A stretch of DNA of 64,000 nucleotides, from assembly GCF_006345805.1 (NCBI RefSeq), contig NC_043001.1, positions 41,850,001 to 41,914,000 on the forward strand. Reading direction: 5' to 3'. The stretch comes from Octopus sinensis. Lineage: Eukaryota. Shown one piece after another: positions 24,240 to 39,104 of this stretch. The notes beneath the pieces were generated by a model that saw only the letters and a program-made list of their open reading frames with translations, was not told the DNA's origin and searched no databases. A program made the translations under genes and the position numbers. Each line of letters starts with the position of its first letter. Position 1 is the first letter of the stretch.

Positions 24240-27200
24240 ATGAATCCTGCCAAATGCGGGTTTTCCTTTCAGGTACATGAAGCTACTGTCCCCCATCCCA
24301 AGGTGCCTAGGGCCTATACCTCCCACACCCTCAATGTTGGCACACTGAAAAGTAGGTCTGGCGAGATTGTTGAGTTGCTTGAACGGATATGTGTTGATAT
24401 ATGCTGCATTCAAGAAGTGAGGTGAAGAGGAGGTTCTGCTAGGTTCCTCACAGGCGTGGGCATACTTCTCACTGAAAAATGGGTAGATAAGGTAATTGAG
24501 ATAGTCAGAGTATGCGACAGAATACTTAAGATTAGATTAGTGCTTCATCATGGATTAGCAACCATTATATCAGCCTATGCCCCTCAGCTAGGGCTACCTG
24601 ATGGACAGAAAGACCGATTCTATGACGCCCTACTGCAGACTACCTCATCGACGAACGACAGGGACCCTCTCTTTGTGGCTGGTGACTTCAATGGGCATGT
24701 TGGACAACATGCAGGGGGCTTCCATGGCATACATGGAGGCTACGGTTATGGTTCCCGCAATGAGGAGGGAACCAGGCTGCTGAAGTTCTGCGATGCGAAT
24801 GATCTTATGGTTTGCAATACTAACTTCATGAAACCTACCAGTCACCTATTCACTTACTGATCGGGCCGACATACTAGCCAAATTGACTACACCCTTGCCA
24901 GAAAAAGGGAAAGATGGCTGCTTATAAATGCCAAAACCTTCCTAGGTGAAGAATGTACCCCACAACATAGACTGGTAGTTAGTGACTTTAGGATCAGGAC
25001 TAAGAGGACGACCAGAAGACGACCAACATGGCGAAGAAGGGTCTGGAAGCTTAAAGATCCTGCAAATGGACAGAGATTTAGAGACATATTACTTGAAGCC
25101 TTTGATGTAATAGAAGGGGATATAGCTTCACCTGGGGTAGAAGATAACTGGAGGTTTCAAAGGGAGAACCTGCTGAGAGCTAGTGACCAGATCTGTGGTT
25201 GGTGCAAAGTCCCCTCAAGACCCAAAATAACGTGGTGGAGGAACAATATTGTTGACAGGGCTATTAGACAAAAGAAACAGGCTTGGAAGGACTGAAAGAA
25301 CGGTGGTAGCAGGGAAGTGTATCAGACTGCCAGAAGGGAAGCTAGGATGCAGGTGTATTTAGCCAGAGGGGAAGCAGATAAGAAAAAATTTGCCAATGTT
25401 CTGCACCGTGATGATGAAAGACTTGAGGTATTTCGTGTTGCAAGACAGTGTGTGAGAGAGAATCGTGATGTGGTAGGAGAGAAATGTGTTCGCATGGATG
25501 ATGGTTCACCTGCACTAAATGAGGATGCAAAGAGAGAGGTTTGGAGACGCCACTATGAAAGGTTGCTGAATAAAGAAAATGAATGGGATAAAGAGAGTCT
25601 GCTAAATGTCGACCCAACAGAGGGACCAGCTATCCAAGTTGACAGTTCCTTGGTAGTTAAGGCAATTAGAAGCATGAAGACAGGGAAAGCCCTAGGCCCA
25701 TCAGGAATTACTGCAGAGATGCTTAAAATATCTGGTAGTGTCGGCTATAGCCTAGTCACCCGTATAGTTAACCAGGTGATACACGAAGGAGTCATTCCCA
25801 ATGACTGGTGTAGCAGCATAATAGTCAACTGCTACAAAGATAAAGATGACGCCCTAGATACAAATAATTACAGGGGTATCAAGCTGTTAGATCAGGTAAT
25901 GAAGGTTACGGAGAGGGTCATAGCCCAACTAATTAGAGAGAGAGTTAGTTTAGATGAGATGCAGTTTGGGTTCGTGCCAGGGAAAAGCACCACTGATGCC
26001 ATATTTCTGGTAAGAGAGCTGCAGGAGAAATACCTAGCAAACGATAAGCCCCTGCACCTGGCTTTGGTTGACATGGAGAAAGCCTTTGAGAGGGTCCCCC
26101 GATCCCTTATCTGGTGGTCAATGAGGAAACTAGGGATAGATGAATGATTAGTGAGAGCTGTGCGAGCCATGTACAGGGACGCTGCTAGTAAGGTGAGGGT
26201 TGGCAACGAGTACAGTGAAGAATTCCGGGTAGAGGTAGGGGTCCACCAAGGTTCAGTCCTCAACCTCCTCCTATTTATCATAGTCCTCCAGGCAATAACG
26301 GAGGAATTCAAGACAGGATGCCTCTGGGAGCTCCTCTATGCTGATGACCTTGCTCTAATTGCTGAGTCACTATTAGAACTAGAGAAGTTTCAAGTGTGGA
26401 AACAAGGATTAGAATCGAAGGGCCTTAGAGTCAACCTAGCTAAAACCAAAGTCCTAATAAGTAGGAAGGCAGGCAAACCACAAATCCCTTCAGGTAGATG
26501 GCCCTGCTCGATCTGTAGGAGAGGCGTAGGTAGAAACTCTATAAGATGTACCCAGTGTAAGCTATGGACACATAAGAGGTGCAGTAATATCAAAGGAAGG
26601 CTAACTGGGAAGATAGATTTTGCATGTGGCAGATGCTCGGGAGCGATAAACACTGAAAATGCACAGAGACCAACTTCCGCCACATTTCAGGGAGAAGAAC
26701 TAGAAATATTTGATAGCTTCCGTTACCTAGGTGACCAAGTCAGTAGCGGGGGCGGGTGTGCAGAAAGTGTAGCTGCTAGATTAAGAATAGCTTGGGCAAA
26801 GTTCAGAGAGCTCTTAACTCTGCTGGTGACAAAGGGCCTCTCACTCAGAGTAAAAGATAGACTGTATGATGCATGTGTACGAACAGCCATGCTACATGGC
26901 AGTGAAACATGGGCTGTGGACATGCATAAGCTCGCACGGAATGAAGCCAGTATGATCCGATGGATGTGTAATGTCAGTGTACATACTCAACAGAGTTTAA
27001 GTACCTTGGGAGAAAAGATGGACCCAAGAAGCATTAGATGTGGTGAGAATGGATGAGGATAGCTGTGTGAAAAAGTGCCTCACCCTAGCGGTTGAGGGAA
27101 ACCATGGAAGAGGCAGACTCAGGAAGACCTGGGATGAAGTGGTGAAGCACAACCTTAGAACATTAGGCTTCACCAAGGAAATGACGACTAGCAATCGAGA

Positions 27201-27830
27201 CTTTTGGAAATATGCTGTGCTCGAGAAGACCAGGCAAGCCAAATGAGACCATAACCCGTGGCCTATGCCAGGAGCATAACCAGCCCGCTTATGCATACCT
27301 TTTCCTTCTTTGGTCACTAAACTCTGCTTGCGAAGACCTGTTGAGGCAAGTAAAATCAAAATCAATTCGATGACTGGCATCTATGCTAGCGGGGTGCAAA
27401 GAGCACCATGCGAGTGGGATCGGTGACAGAGCGGCTATTCAAGTATGATCACTACCAGTGTCGCCTTACTGGCACTTATGCCTGTGCTAGTAGGGTGCCA
27501 AGAGCAGCCAACTGGCTTTCATACCCGTGGCACGTAAAAGGGCACCATTCGAGCGTGATCGTTATCAACATCGCTTCACTGGCACGTGTAAAAAGATTCG
27601 AGCAAAGTCATTGCCAGTGCTGCCTGACTGGCCCCCATGCCGGTGGCACGTAAAAAGCACCCACTACACTCTTCGAGTGGTTGGCGTTAGGAAGGGCATC
27701 CAGCTGGAGAAACTCTGCCAGATCAAGATTGGAACCTGGTGCAGCCATCTGGTTTGCCAGCCCTCAGTCAAAATCATCAAACCCATGCCAGCATGGAAAG
27801 CGGACTTTAAACGATGATGATGATGATGAT
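24240..27830 (+). mobile_element. RTE LINE copy 3, near full-length, disrupted, (GAT)n tail, different 3'UTR subfamily
   Basis: APE and RT ORF pieces 24234-27056 with stops and an internal deletion near 24455; tail ends at 27830. Confidence 0.92.
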
Positions 27831-27864
27831 TTATACATGTATGTATATATATATATAGAGATAT

Positions 27865-27996
27865 ATCATCATCATCATCATTTAACGTCCGCTTTCCATG
27901 CTAGCATGGGTTGGACGGTTCAACTGGGGTCTGGGGAGCCCGAAAGCTGCACCAGTCCAGTCAGATCTGGCAGTGTTTCTACAGCTGGATGCCCTT

Positions 27997-28000
<4 letters not shown>
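27865..28000 (-). mobile_element. RTE 3'-end fragment, tail-to-tail with copy 3, running into a (TA)n array
   Basis: Nearly identical to 1824-1960. Confidence 0.88.
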
Positions 28001-28925
<925 letters not shown>

Positions 28926-29429
28926 ATTCAAAGAGCAATAAAGATTCAAGTTAATTTAAATGAATTTACTTGAATATGGTACCTAACTTAGATGCACCAA
29001 AAAAACTATACTGATTTAACAATACAGTAATGTGGGGTGATTATAAGCGAGAAAGAAGCAACAGAATGGATAGGTTTTTAGTACGATCGTTTCATACAAG
29101 GACAGGTTTTTTATTAAAAGTTGCAAAGATTACAGCATATAAACGAGTCCCGTACTCATCAGCTAAAATACATGTGAGTTCTCTAGACATCCTAGTGTTT
29201 GAGGCTATACTCATGAAGTAATGTAGATAAATAAGTAACATAAACAGATTTCTAAAGTTCATTAAAGTTCTTTAAAGATGATGTACAGTCTTATCACAGA
29301 ATTTAAAAAAATTTTTTAGCATCACAGAGAAGGTGACCTAATCCATATGCATTTCCATAGATATGATGAGGGATTATATACTCACAGAAGACAAATTTAT
29401 CTTCTGTGAGTATATAATCCCTCATCATA

Positions 29430-31621
<2,192 letters not shown>

Positions 31622-31622
<1 letters not shown>

Positions 31623-32640
31623 CTCTTTTACTCTTAACTCTTTTACTTGTTTTTCAGCCATCCGGCTGAGGCCATGCTGGGCACCGCCCTTTTGCTACCC
31701 TCTCTAAGTCCAGTTTGCCGGGCTGGCCACTGATCTAAGAGAGAGTTTGTAGCTGCTGGCCTTAGGTTACCTTCGTACCTTGCAGTGGGTTCATCTGGGA
31801 TCCCGAAAGCAGCTTGTCTAGATGTTTTTGAAAATGTCCACATCCGCATCATGTAGATCTCTTAGTTTTCTTGGCAGTTTGTTGAACAGCTGAGGGCCCC
31901 TGAACCCAGGCTATTACAGTATCTGCTCCTTACCCTGGATGTGGAAGATGGGACCTTTGGCACCACACAGTGACGTCCTGTACGGGGATTGGAACAGCTC
32001 TCAATTCCAAAATTTGGTGCTAGTCCCCCAGGATTTTCCATATGTATATCACTGCATATCTCTCTCGTCTTCGTTCCAGGAGTACAAATTGAGTTCCCTA
32101 AGCCTCTCCCATAGTTCTTTTTTTTCATGGTGGAAATCCTCTTGTGAAATGTCTTTGGATTGTCTCAAGCTCTGTGGTTAGTTTGACACTATGCGGTGAC
32201 CACAGTTGGGAGCAGTAGTCCAGGCGGCTTAGGACAAATGTCCTCCATAGTGTCAACATGGTCTCGCAGTCTCTTGTCCGGAATGTCCTCAGGATCCAGC
32301 CAGTGAGTCGTCTGCACATTGCCGCCACCTTCGCGATGTGTGAAGAAAAAGATGCATCGTCACTCATGTCTATCCCCAGGTCCCGTATTGATTTCGATAC
32401 TGGGATTTCGATCCCTCCTGGACCAGTATAGTTGTGTTGTAATGTATGTGTTTACAGCTTGATATGTAAGGCTTGAAATTTACCAGCATTAAATTGCATG
32501 TTGTTGTCTTCAGCCCATTTGTATATGGCATCCAGATCTTGTTGTAAAGGTCAGCATCAGCTGGTTTTTGATTGCCTGTGCTACCTTTGTGTCATCAGCA
32601 TAGCTAGTGAGGGATGTTGTTTGTGCTACCAAGGGCATGT
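31622..32640 (-). mobile_element. CR1-clade LINE 3' fragment with GAGTAAAA-type tail (tail similar to local SINEs)
   Basis: GWILRTFRTRD...FVLSRLDYCSQLWSP...IQRHFT; internal deletion/frameshift near 32125. Confidence 0.85.
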
Positions 32641-32664
32641 CAGAGAGCGCCACCAAAAACATAT

Positions 32665-32936
32665 ATATAATATGTATGTATATATAAATATTTTATATTT
32701 ATATATTTATACATACATATACACACACATATATATATATTTATATATATATATTTAAATATATGTATTCATATATATATATTTACATATATATATTTAT
32801 ATATATATATATTTATATATATATACCCACATATATATATCTATATAGGATGCCAACATACATACACACACACATATATATATATATATGACGATGATGA
32901 TATATACACACATATACATATACATGCATATGTGTA

Positions 32937-32996
<60 letters not shown>

Positions 32997-33046
32997 ATAT
33001 GTATATATATATATGTAATATATATATTATATATATATATATATAT

Positions 33047-33125
<79 letters not shown>

Positions 33126-33231
33126 ATATATATAATATATATATGTATATATATGTATGTATAATATGTATGTATATATTATATATATATATGTTATATA
33201 TATATATTAATATATATATATATATTAATAT

Positions 33232-33285
<54 letters not shown>

Positions 33286-33362
33286 TACACATATGCATGT
33301 ATATGTATATGTGTGTATATATCATCATCGTCATATATATATATATATGTGTGTGTGTATGT
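32665..33362. repeat. Compound microsatellite block with internal inverted duplication
   Basis: (TA)n, (CA)n and (CT)n tracts; 32848-~32990 mirrors ~33240-33375. Confidence 0.93.
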
Positions 33363-33364
33363 AT

Positions 33365-35781
33365 TGTTGGCATCCTTTTTGTCTCAGGAGACAATGGAGT
33401 TGCGCATAAAGTAGTCTAGTCCGGCTTTTACATTTCATGTCCTGATACATTTCCTGCTGTGTAGTCCAATCCTGGACAAACACTCCCTCTGGCAGGTACC
33501 GCAAATGTAGCAAAGACTGTTCCTGGCGTGCCTCAAGGTTCAGTGCTTGGGCCCTTGTTGTTCTTAGTCTTCATAAATGACTTGCCCGACGACCTCACGC
33601 AACACACCCTTCTATTTGCCGACGATATCAAACTGGTTGCTCCTCGCGGTAATATAGAGGATCTTCGTTGATGCCTCCACCAAATTTGGAAGTGGTCTAA
33701 CAATTGGGACCTGTGTCTGAACGTGTCAAAGTGCTGTCATCTGCCTGTCGGCTCTACTCCTGCAACTCAACTTGATTTCGAGCCGGGTCGTCTGCTGCTG
33801 GAGAGGACCGATCAGGTAAAGGACCTAGGTATCTTGGTGGATTCCTCCTTTTCGCCTTCGGCCCAGTGCGTCCATGCTGCCAACAATGCACGCGGAATTC
33901 TGTTCTTGATTCGACGGTCATTCGGAATGCTCACAGCAGCCATATTCCTACCACTCTATGTCACGCTGGTGAGACCCATATTGGAGTATGGGATTGAAGC
34001 CTCTTCTCCTTATCTCCTCAAAGACATACAGCATCTCGAAAGAGTCCAGAAGCTGGCTACCCGCATGGTTCATGGTCTCAAAAATTTGTCCTACGAAGAA
34101 AGGCTGAGGACGCTCGACCTTTATTCTCTTGAAAAACGCCGCCGCCGTGGTGATCTCATTCTTGCCCACAACATCATAAGCGGAAAGTGTAACCTCTCGA
34201 AAGAGCTGTTCTTCACTCCTGCTCCAGAGCGTCGGCTGCGGAGTCATTCCGAAAAGCTCTACCTGCGACAATTTCATCTCAATCGAAGGAGAGGAGCTTT
34301 CTCCGTCCGGGTTGCGGATCCGTGGAACAAGCTGCCAGACGAGATGGTGAAGATGCCGACGACCGCTTTGTTCAAAGCCTCCCTTGACCTCAAGTGGCCT
34401 GAACTCTTTACATGAACACCACCCTGTACTTAACTCCATGTCCCCCTACATGGCCTTGCTATTTGCTTTTGAGCCAAATTAACTAACTAACTAACTAACT
34501 AATGCCATAGTTTCTTGTTGATGTCTTTTCTTGTCTTTCCATTTCTCCTCTCTCTCTCTGTCACTCCTTTGTATTCCCTCTCTTACGGTACGTCGCCAGT
34601 CTCCACGGTTGCCGGCAACTGCCTCCCAACCGCTAATATTGATGTTGCAGGCCTTCATGTCCCTTTTGCAAACATCCTTGTAACGTAAGAGCAATCTACC
34701 TACAGACCTAGTACTCCTAGCAAGCTCTCTGTAGAGTATGTCCTTGGGGATTCTGCCATCTTTCATACGGCTAACATGCCCAAGCCATCTCATACGTCTT
34801 TGTGTGAGGAGTGCAAACATGCTTGGTATTCCTGCTTGCCTGAGGACATCTTTGTTGGGGATATGGTTCTGCCATTTGATGCGGAGAATTTTCCGGAGGC
34901 AGTGCAGGTGAAAGATGTTTAGGCGACGCTCTTGGCGTGTGTATAGCGTCCAAGTCTCACTTCCATATAGTAGAGTGCTAAGTACACATGCCTGGTAGAT
35001 CTTCATTTTCGTGATCTTGGTCAGCTTATTGTTGTCCCAAGCCCGTTTGGAGAGTTGGGCCATTGCAGCAGCTGCCTTGCCAATGCGTATATTGAGCTCA
35101 GCGTCGAGGGATAGATTGTAGGTGATGGTAGAGCCCAGATAGGTAAACTTCTCCACCTCTTGTAATCTGTGGTCTCCAATATGTATGTTTGGGATGTCCG
35201 ATGTAGCCTGACCCATGATGTTGGTCTTCTTAAGGCTGATAGCTAAGCCAAAGTCGTTACATGCTTGCTCAAAACAGTTAATGAGCCTTTGGAGGGCTTC
35301 TTCTGTGTGTGATACCAGAGCGGCATCATCAGCAAATAGCATCTCCTTGATCAGGATGTTTCTGATTTTGGTCTTGGCATGCAGACGCGAGAGATTGAAC
35401 AGTTTCCCATCACTTCTACTGTGCAGAAACACTCCATCATCTGATGTCTGAAAGGCATGTGAGAGTAAGAGCGAGAAGAAGATGCCAAACAATGTAGGAG
35501 CGAGGACACAACCTTGCTTTACCCCGTTTTTTATTTGGAAGGCGGCTGATGTTGAACCGTTGTGCTGTATGGTGCCTTGCATGTCATCATGGAAAGACTT
35601 GATGATCCTCAGCAGCTTTGGTGGACATCCGATTTTTTGGAGCAGGGTGAAGAGGCCTGTTCTGCTTACCGAGTCAAAGGCCTTTGTTAGATCAATGAAG
35701 GCCATATATAATGGCATTCTCTGCTCTCTGGACTTCTCCTGAAGTTGGCGTATGGAGAATATCATATCGATAGTTGATCGT
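33365..35781 (-). mobile_element. RTE-clade (BovB-like) LINE, 5'-truncated, split by the CR1 insertion
   Basis: 424-aa RT ORF (AFIDLTKAFDSV, GVKQGCVLAP, LFADD); the C-terminal zinc finger [17 protein letters not shown] lies on the other side of the insert (33440-33520). Confidence 0.9.
33524..34500 (+). mobile_element. 3' fragment of the same (TAAC)n-tailed CR1-clade LINE, nested in an RTE element
   Basis: ~97% identical by eye to 57655-58629; same 3'UTR and tail. Confidence 0.92.
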
Positions 35782-35968
35782 TATTCTTTTACTTGTTTCA
35801 GTCGTTTTGACTGTGGCCATGCTGGAGCACCGCCTTTAGGCAAACAAATCGACCCCAGTACCTATTCTTTGTAACCCCAGTACTTATTCTATCAGCTCCT
35901 TTCGCTGAACTGCTAAGTTACTGGGATGTAAACACACCAGCATCAGTTGTCAAGTGATGTTAGGGTGG

Positions 35969-36005
<37 letters not shown>

Positions 36006-36182
36006 ATAATAATATTAGGGAATAAATCCAAATTTACAGGGAAAAAATCAGATTTAGGATTAAATCCAATTTTATAGTAAAATATTATAAAATATTATTA
36101 GAGACAAAACCACTATTTTGCAAAACAAACAAGGAAAGACTTAATCAATACATAAAATTTTAATAAATAGTCAAAAAAACCG

Positions 36183-36225
36183 CCACTACAATTGTTTCTT
36201 GTCTTGATCGACAATCTTCAGGTGG
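36183..36225 (-). ncRNA. Minimal type-I hammerhead ribozyme (intact core)
   Basis: CCAC-CUGAAGA-UUGUC(GAUCAA)GACAA-GAAA-C(AAUU)G-UA^GUGG: stems I and II, palindromic short stem III, GUA cleavage triplet. Confidence 0.85.
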
Positions 36226-36293
36226 ACTTCCAATAAGTCAGTTTCAAATTATAATTATATAGTTTCATAATTTGAAACTGACTTATTGGAAGT

Positions 36294-36335
36294 CCACCTG
36301 AGATTGTCGATCAAGACAAGAAACAATTGTAGTGG
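36294..36335 (+). ncRNA. Hammerhead ribozyme copy with 1-nt core deletion (CUGAGA)
   Basis: Identical to the minus-strand motif except for a missing A in CUGAAGA. Confidence 0.65.
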
Positions 36336-36422
36336 CGGTTTTTTTGACTATTTATTAAAATTTTATGTATTGATTAAGTCTTTCCTTGTTTGTTTTGCAA
36401 AATAGTGGTTTTGTCTCTAATA

Positions 36423-36488
<66 letters not shown>

Positions 36489-37199
36489 GGCGAGCCTCTT
36501 TCAGTTTCCATCTACCAAATCCACTCACAAGGCTTTGGTTGGCCTGAGTCTATAGTAGAAGATACTTACCCAAGGTGCCATGCAGTGGGAATGAACCCAG
36601 AACCATGCGGTTGGTAATCAAGCTACTTACCACAAAGCCACTTCTCCAAATAGAAGACAGAAGATGGAATATACAAGAATTTACTATTAATCACAACAAT
36701 TTTTTCGACGCATTTAGCATCAATTCCTCTTGAGTGGGACACTTAACACGTGGTTCACGAGCTTCCAGTGGTGCAGGTGTATCTCGTCGGGTGATAAATA
36801 AATACAACTCGTTAAAATGACTGTTCTGCAATGTAACTTCCTGCCTTGTAGAGAGAAAAGCAGGCAGACGGAGGAAATATCTTCATTTAAATAGCAGATC
36901 CAATATAAAATCAGAGATAGCAAAAAGAGAAACGCACACATAGTCCAGTGAGAAAAGCATTAAAAATAACCGTTAACAGATATGGATGTATAAACGCCCT
37001 TGGGCAAGCTGCATGGCGTGAGAACAGTCGCTCATACAAGCATCTGCAAAAATGTGAGTATATACACACAGGAGGTTTGGTGCACTCATGATCACAAAGT
37101 GTGTTAGTTATCTACTAGGTATTTATAAGAATAGAGAGGTTAAAAGTAAACTTAAGGCATCTATTCCTTAAAGTAAATTAAATTAACATTTACTGAAAA

Positions 37200-38510
37200 T
37201 TCATTCCCACTGCATTGTGTCAAAGTATATTTACATGCATGTAGGTATCTCAAGAGCCTTCAGAAATTCTATTAATTATCTTCTTGTTAGTTCACTGAAT
37301 AGATAGGTATTCCTCGGAGCAGAGACGGCATCTCCTGGAAATTATATTGTATGGTTTCGCATACCTTACTAGGGACCAATTAATGTTGTACTTCGTTTTA
37401 TCCTCCTTCAGTTGCCATACAAAATCTGCCAAAGATGTTGAATGTCTCTTATTGTCTTAAAGCTGGCAACAGGGTTACGATAATGATTCTTAAATGAATC
37501 AGCCATCTGCCCAATGTAAACATAGGGCCCTCCCCTTGTATGCATAGTACATTTATATACAAGATTTGTACTCAAACAGAGATTCATCAAAGGACATTTT
37601 GATTTTTCTCTGCATGAGCATTGTGATACCAGTGCCGATAGCACGTAAGAGAACCATCCGAACGTGACCATTGCCAGTACCGCCCCGACTGGCCTCCGTG
37701 CCGGTGGAACGTAAAATGCACCATTCAATTGTGGCCGTTGCCAGCCTCCTCTGGCCCCGTGCCAGTGGCACGTAAAAAGCACCATCCAATTGTGGCCATT
37801 GCCAGCCTCGTCTGGCCCCATGCCGGTGGCACGTAAAAAGCACCATTCAATCGTGGCCGTTTGCCAGCCTCGTCTGGCACCTGTGCAGGTGGCACGTAAA
37901 AAGCACCCACTACACTCACAGAGTGGTTGGCGTTAGGAAGGGCATCCAGCTGTAGAAACACTGCCAGATCAGACTGGGCCTGATATAAGGCGACTCCATT
38001 TAGCTGTATCATAAATATTTCAACTACTACAAATTGGTTGTAGTTGGTGTTTATGAATGCGGTTTACATCTGCTTGGTTGGTATTTAGATTCAAATGTTC
38101 GCTAGAGCCAGTAGGTGGGTTATTGAACCTTTGTTGCATTTTGCTATCATTTATGTGATGCATAAGGTGCTCTAAATTAGCAGAGTTGGCATAGGATATC
38201 TTCATGGTGTGCCGGTTAAAAATAGCAAGATACCAATTAGATTTAGGAAAACACTTGTCCAAAGCAGCGACCTTGGTTGAAACATGCAAACTGAAAATTG
38301 GGTTGAACCAGAGGACAACCTGAATCCTGTATCTGTTGTCTGGCTTATTTGATCGAGTGTGTTGTATAGGATTGGTACAAGTAGTTGAATTATTATGTTG
38401 CATGTATCTATGAATTTTCGTTGATAGTTCATTGATACAACCAATTCTTTCTGGCCTGTATTCTTTATCTGAGTTCTCAAACCATAACGTTGTGGTGGTA
38501 TACAATGTGC
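37200..38510 (-). mobile_element. Penelope-like element fossil (WFNP linker + GIY-YIG endonuclease)
   Basis: VLWFNPIFSLHVSTK..LDKCFPK...IFNRHTMKISY; CSCREKSKCPL..CL..VYKC..YIGQ..SFK.HY.N; NWSLVRYAKPYN...CRLC. Confidence 0.75.
37621..37982 (+). mobile_element. RTE 3'UTR fragment without tail, inserted in a Penelope-like ORF
   Basis: Contains the ~60-bp UTR repeat units and ends at CAGACTGGGCCTG. Confidence 0.82.
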
Positions 38511-38636
38511 ATCACAGTTGGAGGAACTACCAGTGTTGTGTATGCCTGCTTCTTGTATATATTGTATTTTTTCACGGTACCCAACTCTAGCCAGAGCAGC
38601 ATTATAAGTTGTATGTATATATACATGTGTGTATAT

Positions 38637-39022
38637 ATCATAATCATTTAATGTCCGCTTTCCATGCTAGCATGGGTTGGACAGTTCAACTGGGGTCTGG
38701 GAAGCCAGAAGGCTGCACCAGGCCCAGTCTGATCCGGCAGTGTTTCTACAGCTGGATGCCCTTCCTAACGCCAACCACTCCGTGAGTGTAGTGGGTGCTT
38801 TTTATGTGCCAGACGAGGCTGGCAAACGGCCATGATCGGATGGTGCTTTTTACGTGCCACCGGCACGGAGACCAGACGAAGCTGCCAACAGCCATGATCG
38901 GATGGTGCTTTTTACATGCCACGAACACGGAGGCTAGTCAGGGCGGCACTGGCCACATTCGGATGGTTCTCTTATGTGCCACCAGCACTGGTATCACAGC
39001 TACAAATTCCATTGATGTTGAA
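38637..39022 (-). mobile_element. RTE 3'UTR fragment with short tail
   Basis: Matches 1824-2290 with fewer and shorter repeat units. Confidence 0.85.
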
Positions 39023-39104
39023 ATTCCATATATATATATATGTGTGTGTATATATATATGTATATATACATGTGTGTGTATATATATATATATTTGAAGA
39101 GGCT

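Larger units (their letters stand above)
36005..36432. mobile_element. Penelope-like terminal-repeat remnant as a long inverted repeat, inserted in (CA)/(TA) microsatellite
   Basis: Arms 36086-36252 and 36267-36432 are reverse complements except for one indel; 14-nt spacer; each arm carries a hammerhead motif. PLE assignment rests on known PLE-hammerhead association. Confidence 0.7.

Noticed and set aside
29141-29162. Minus-strand CTGATGAGT-acggg-ACTC resembling a hammerhead half-core
   Set aside because: It is followed by GTTT rather than GAAA, and stems I and III do not form.
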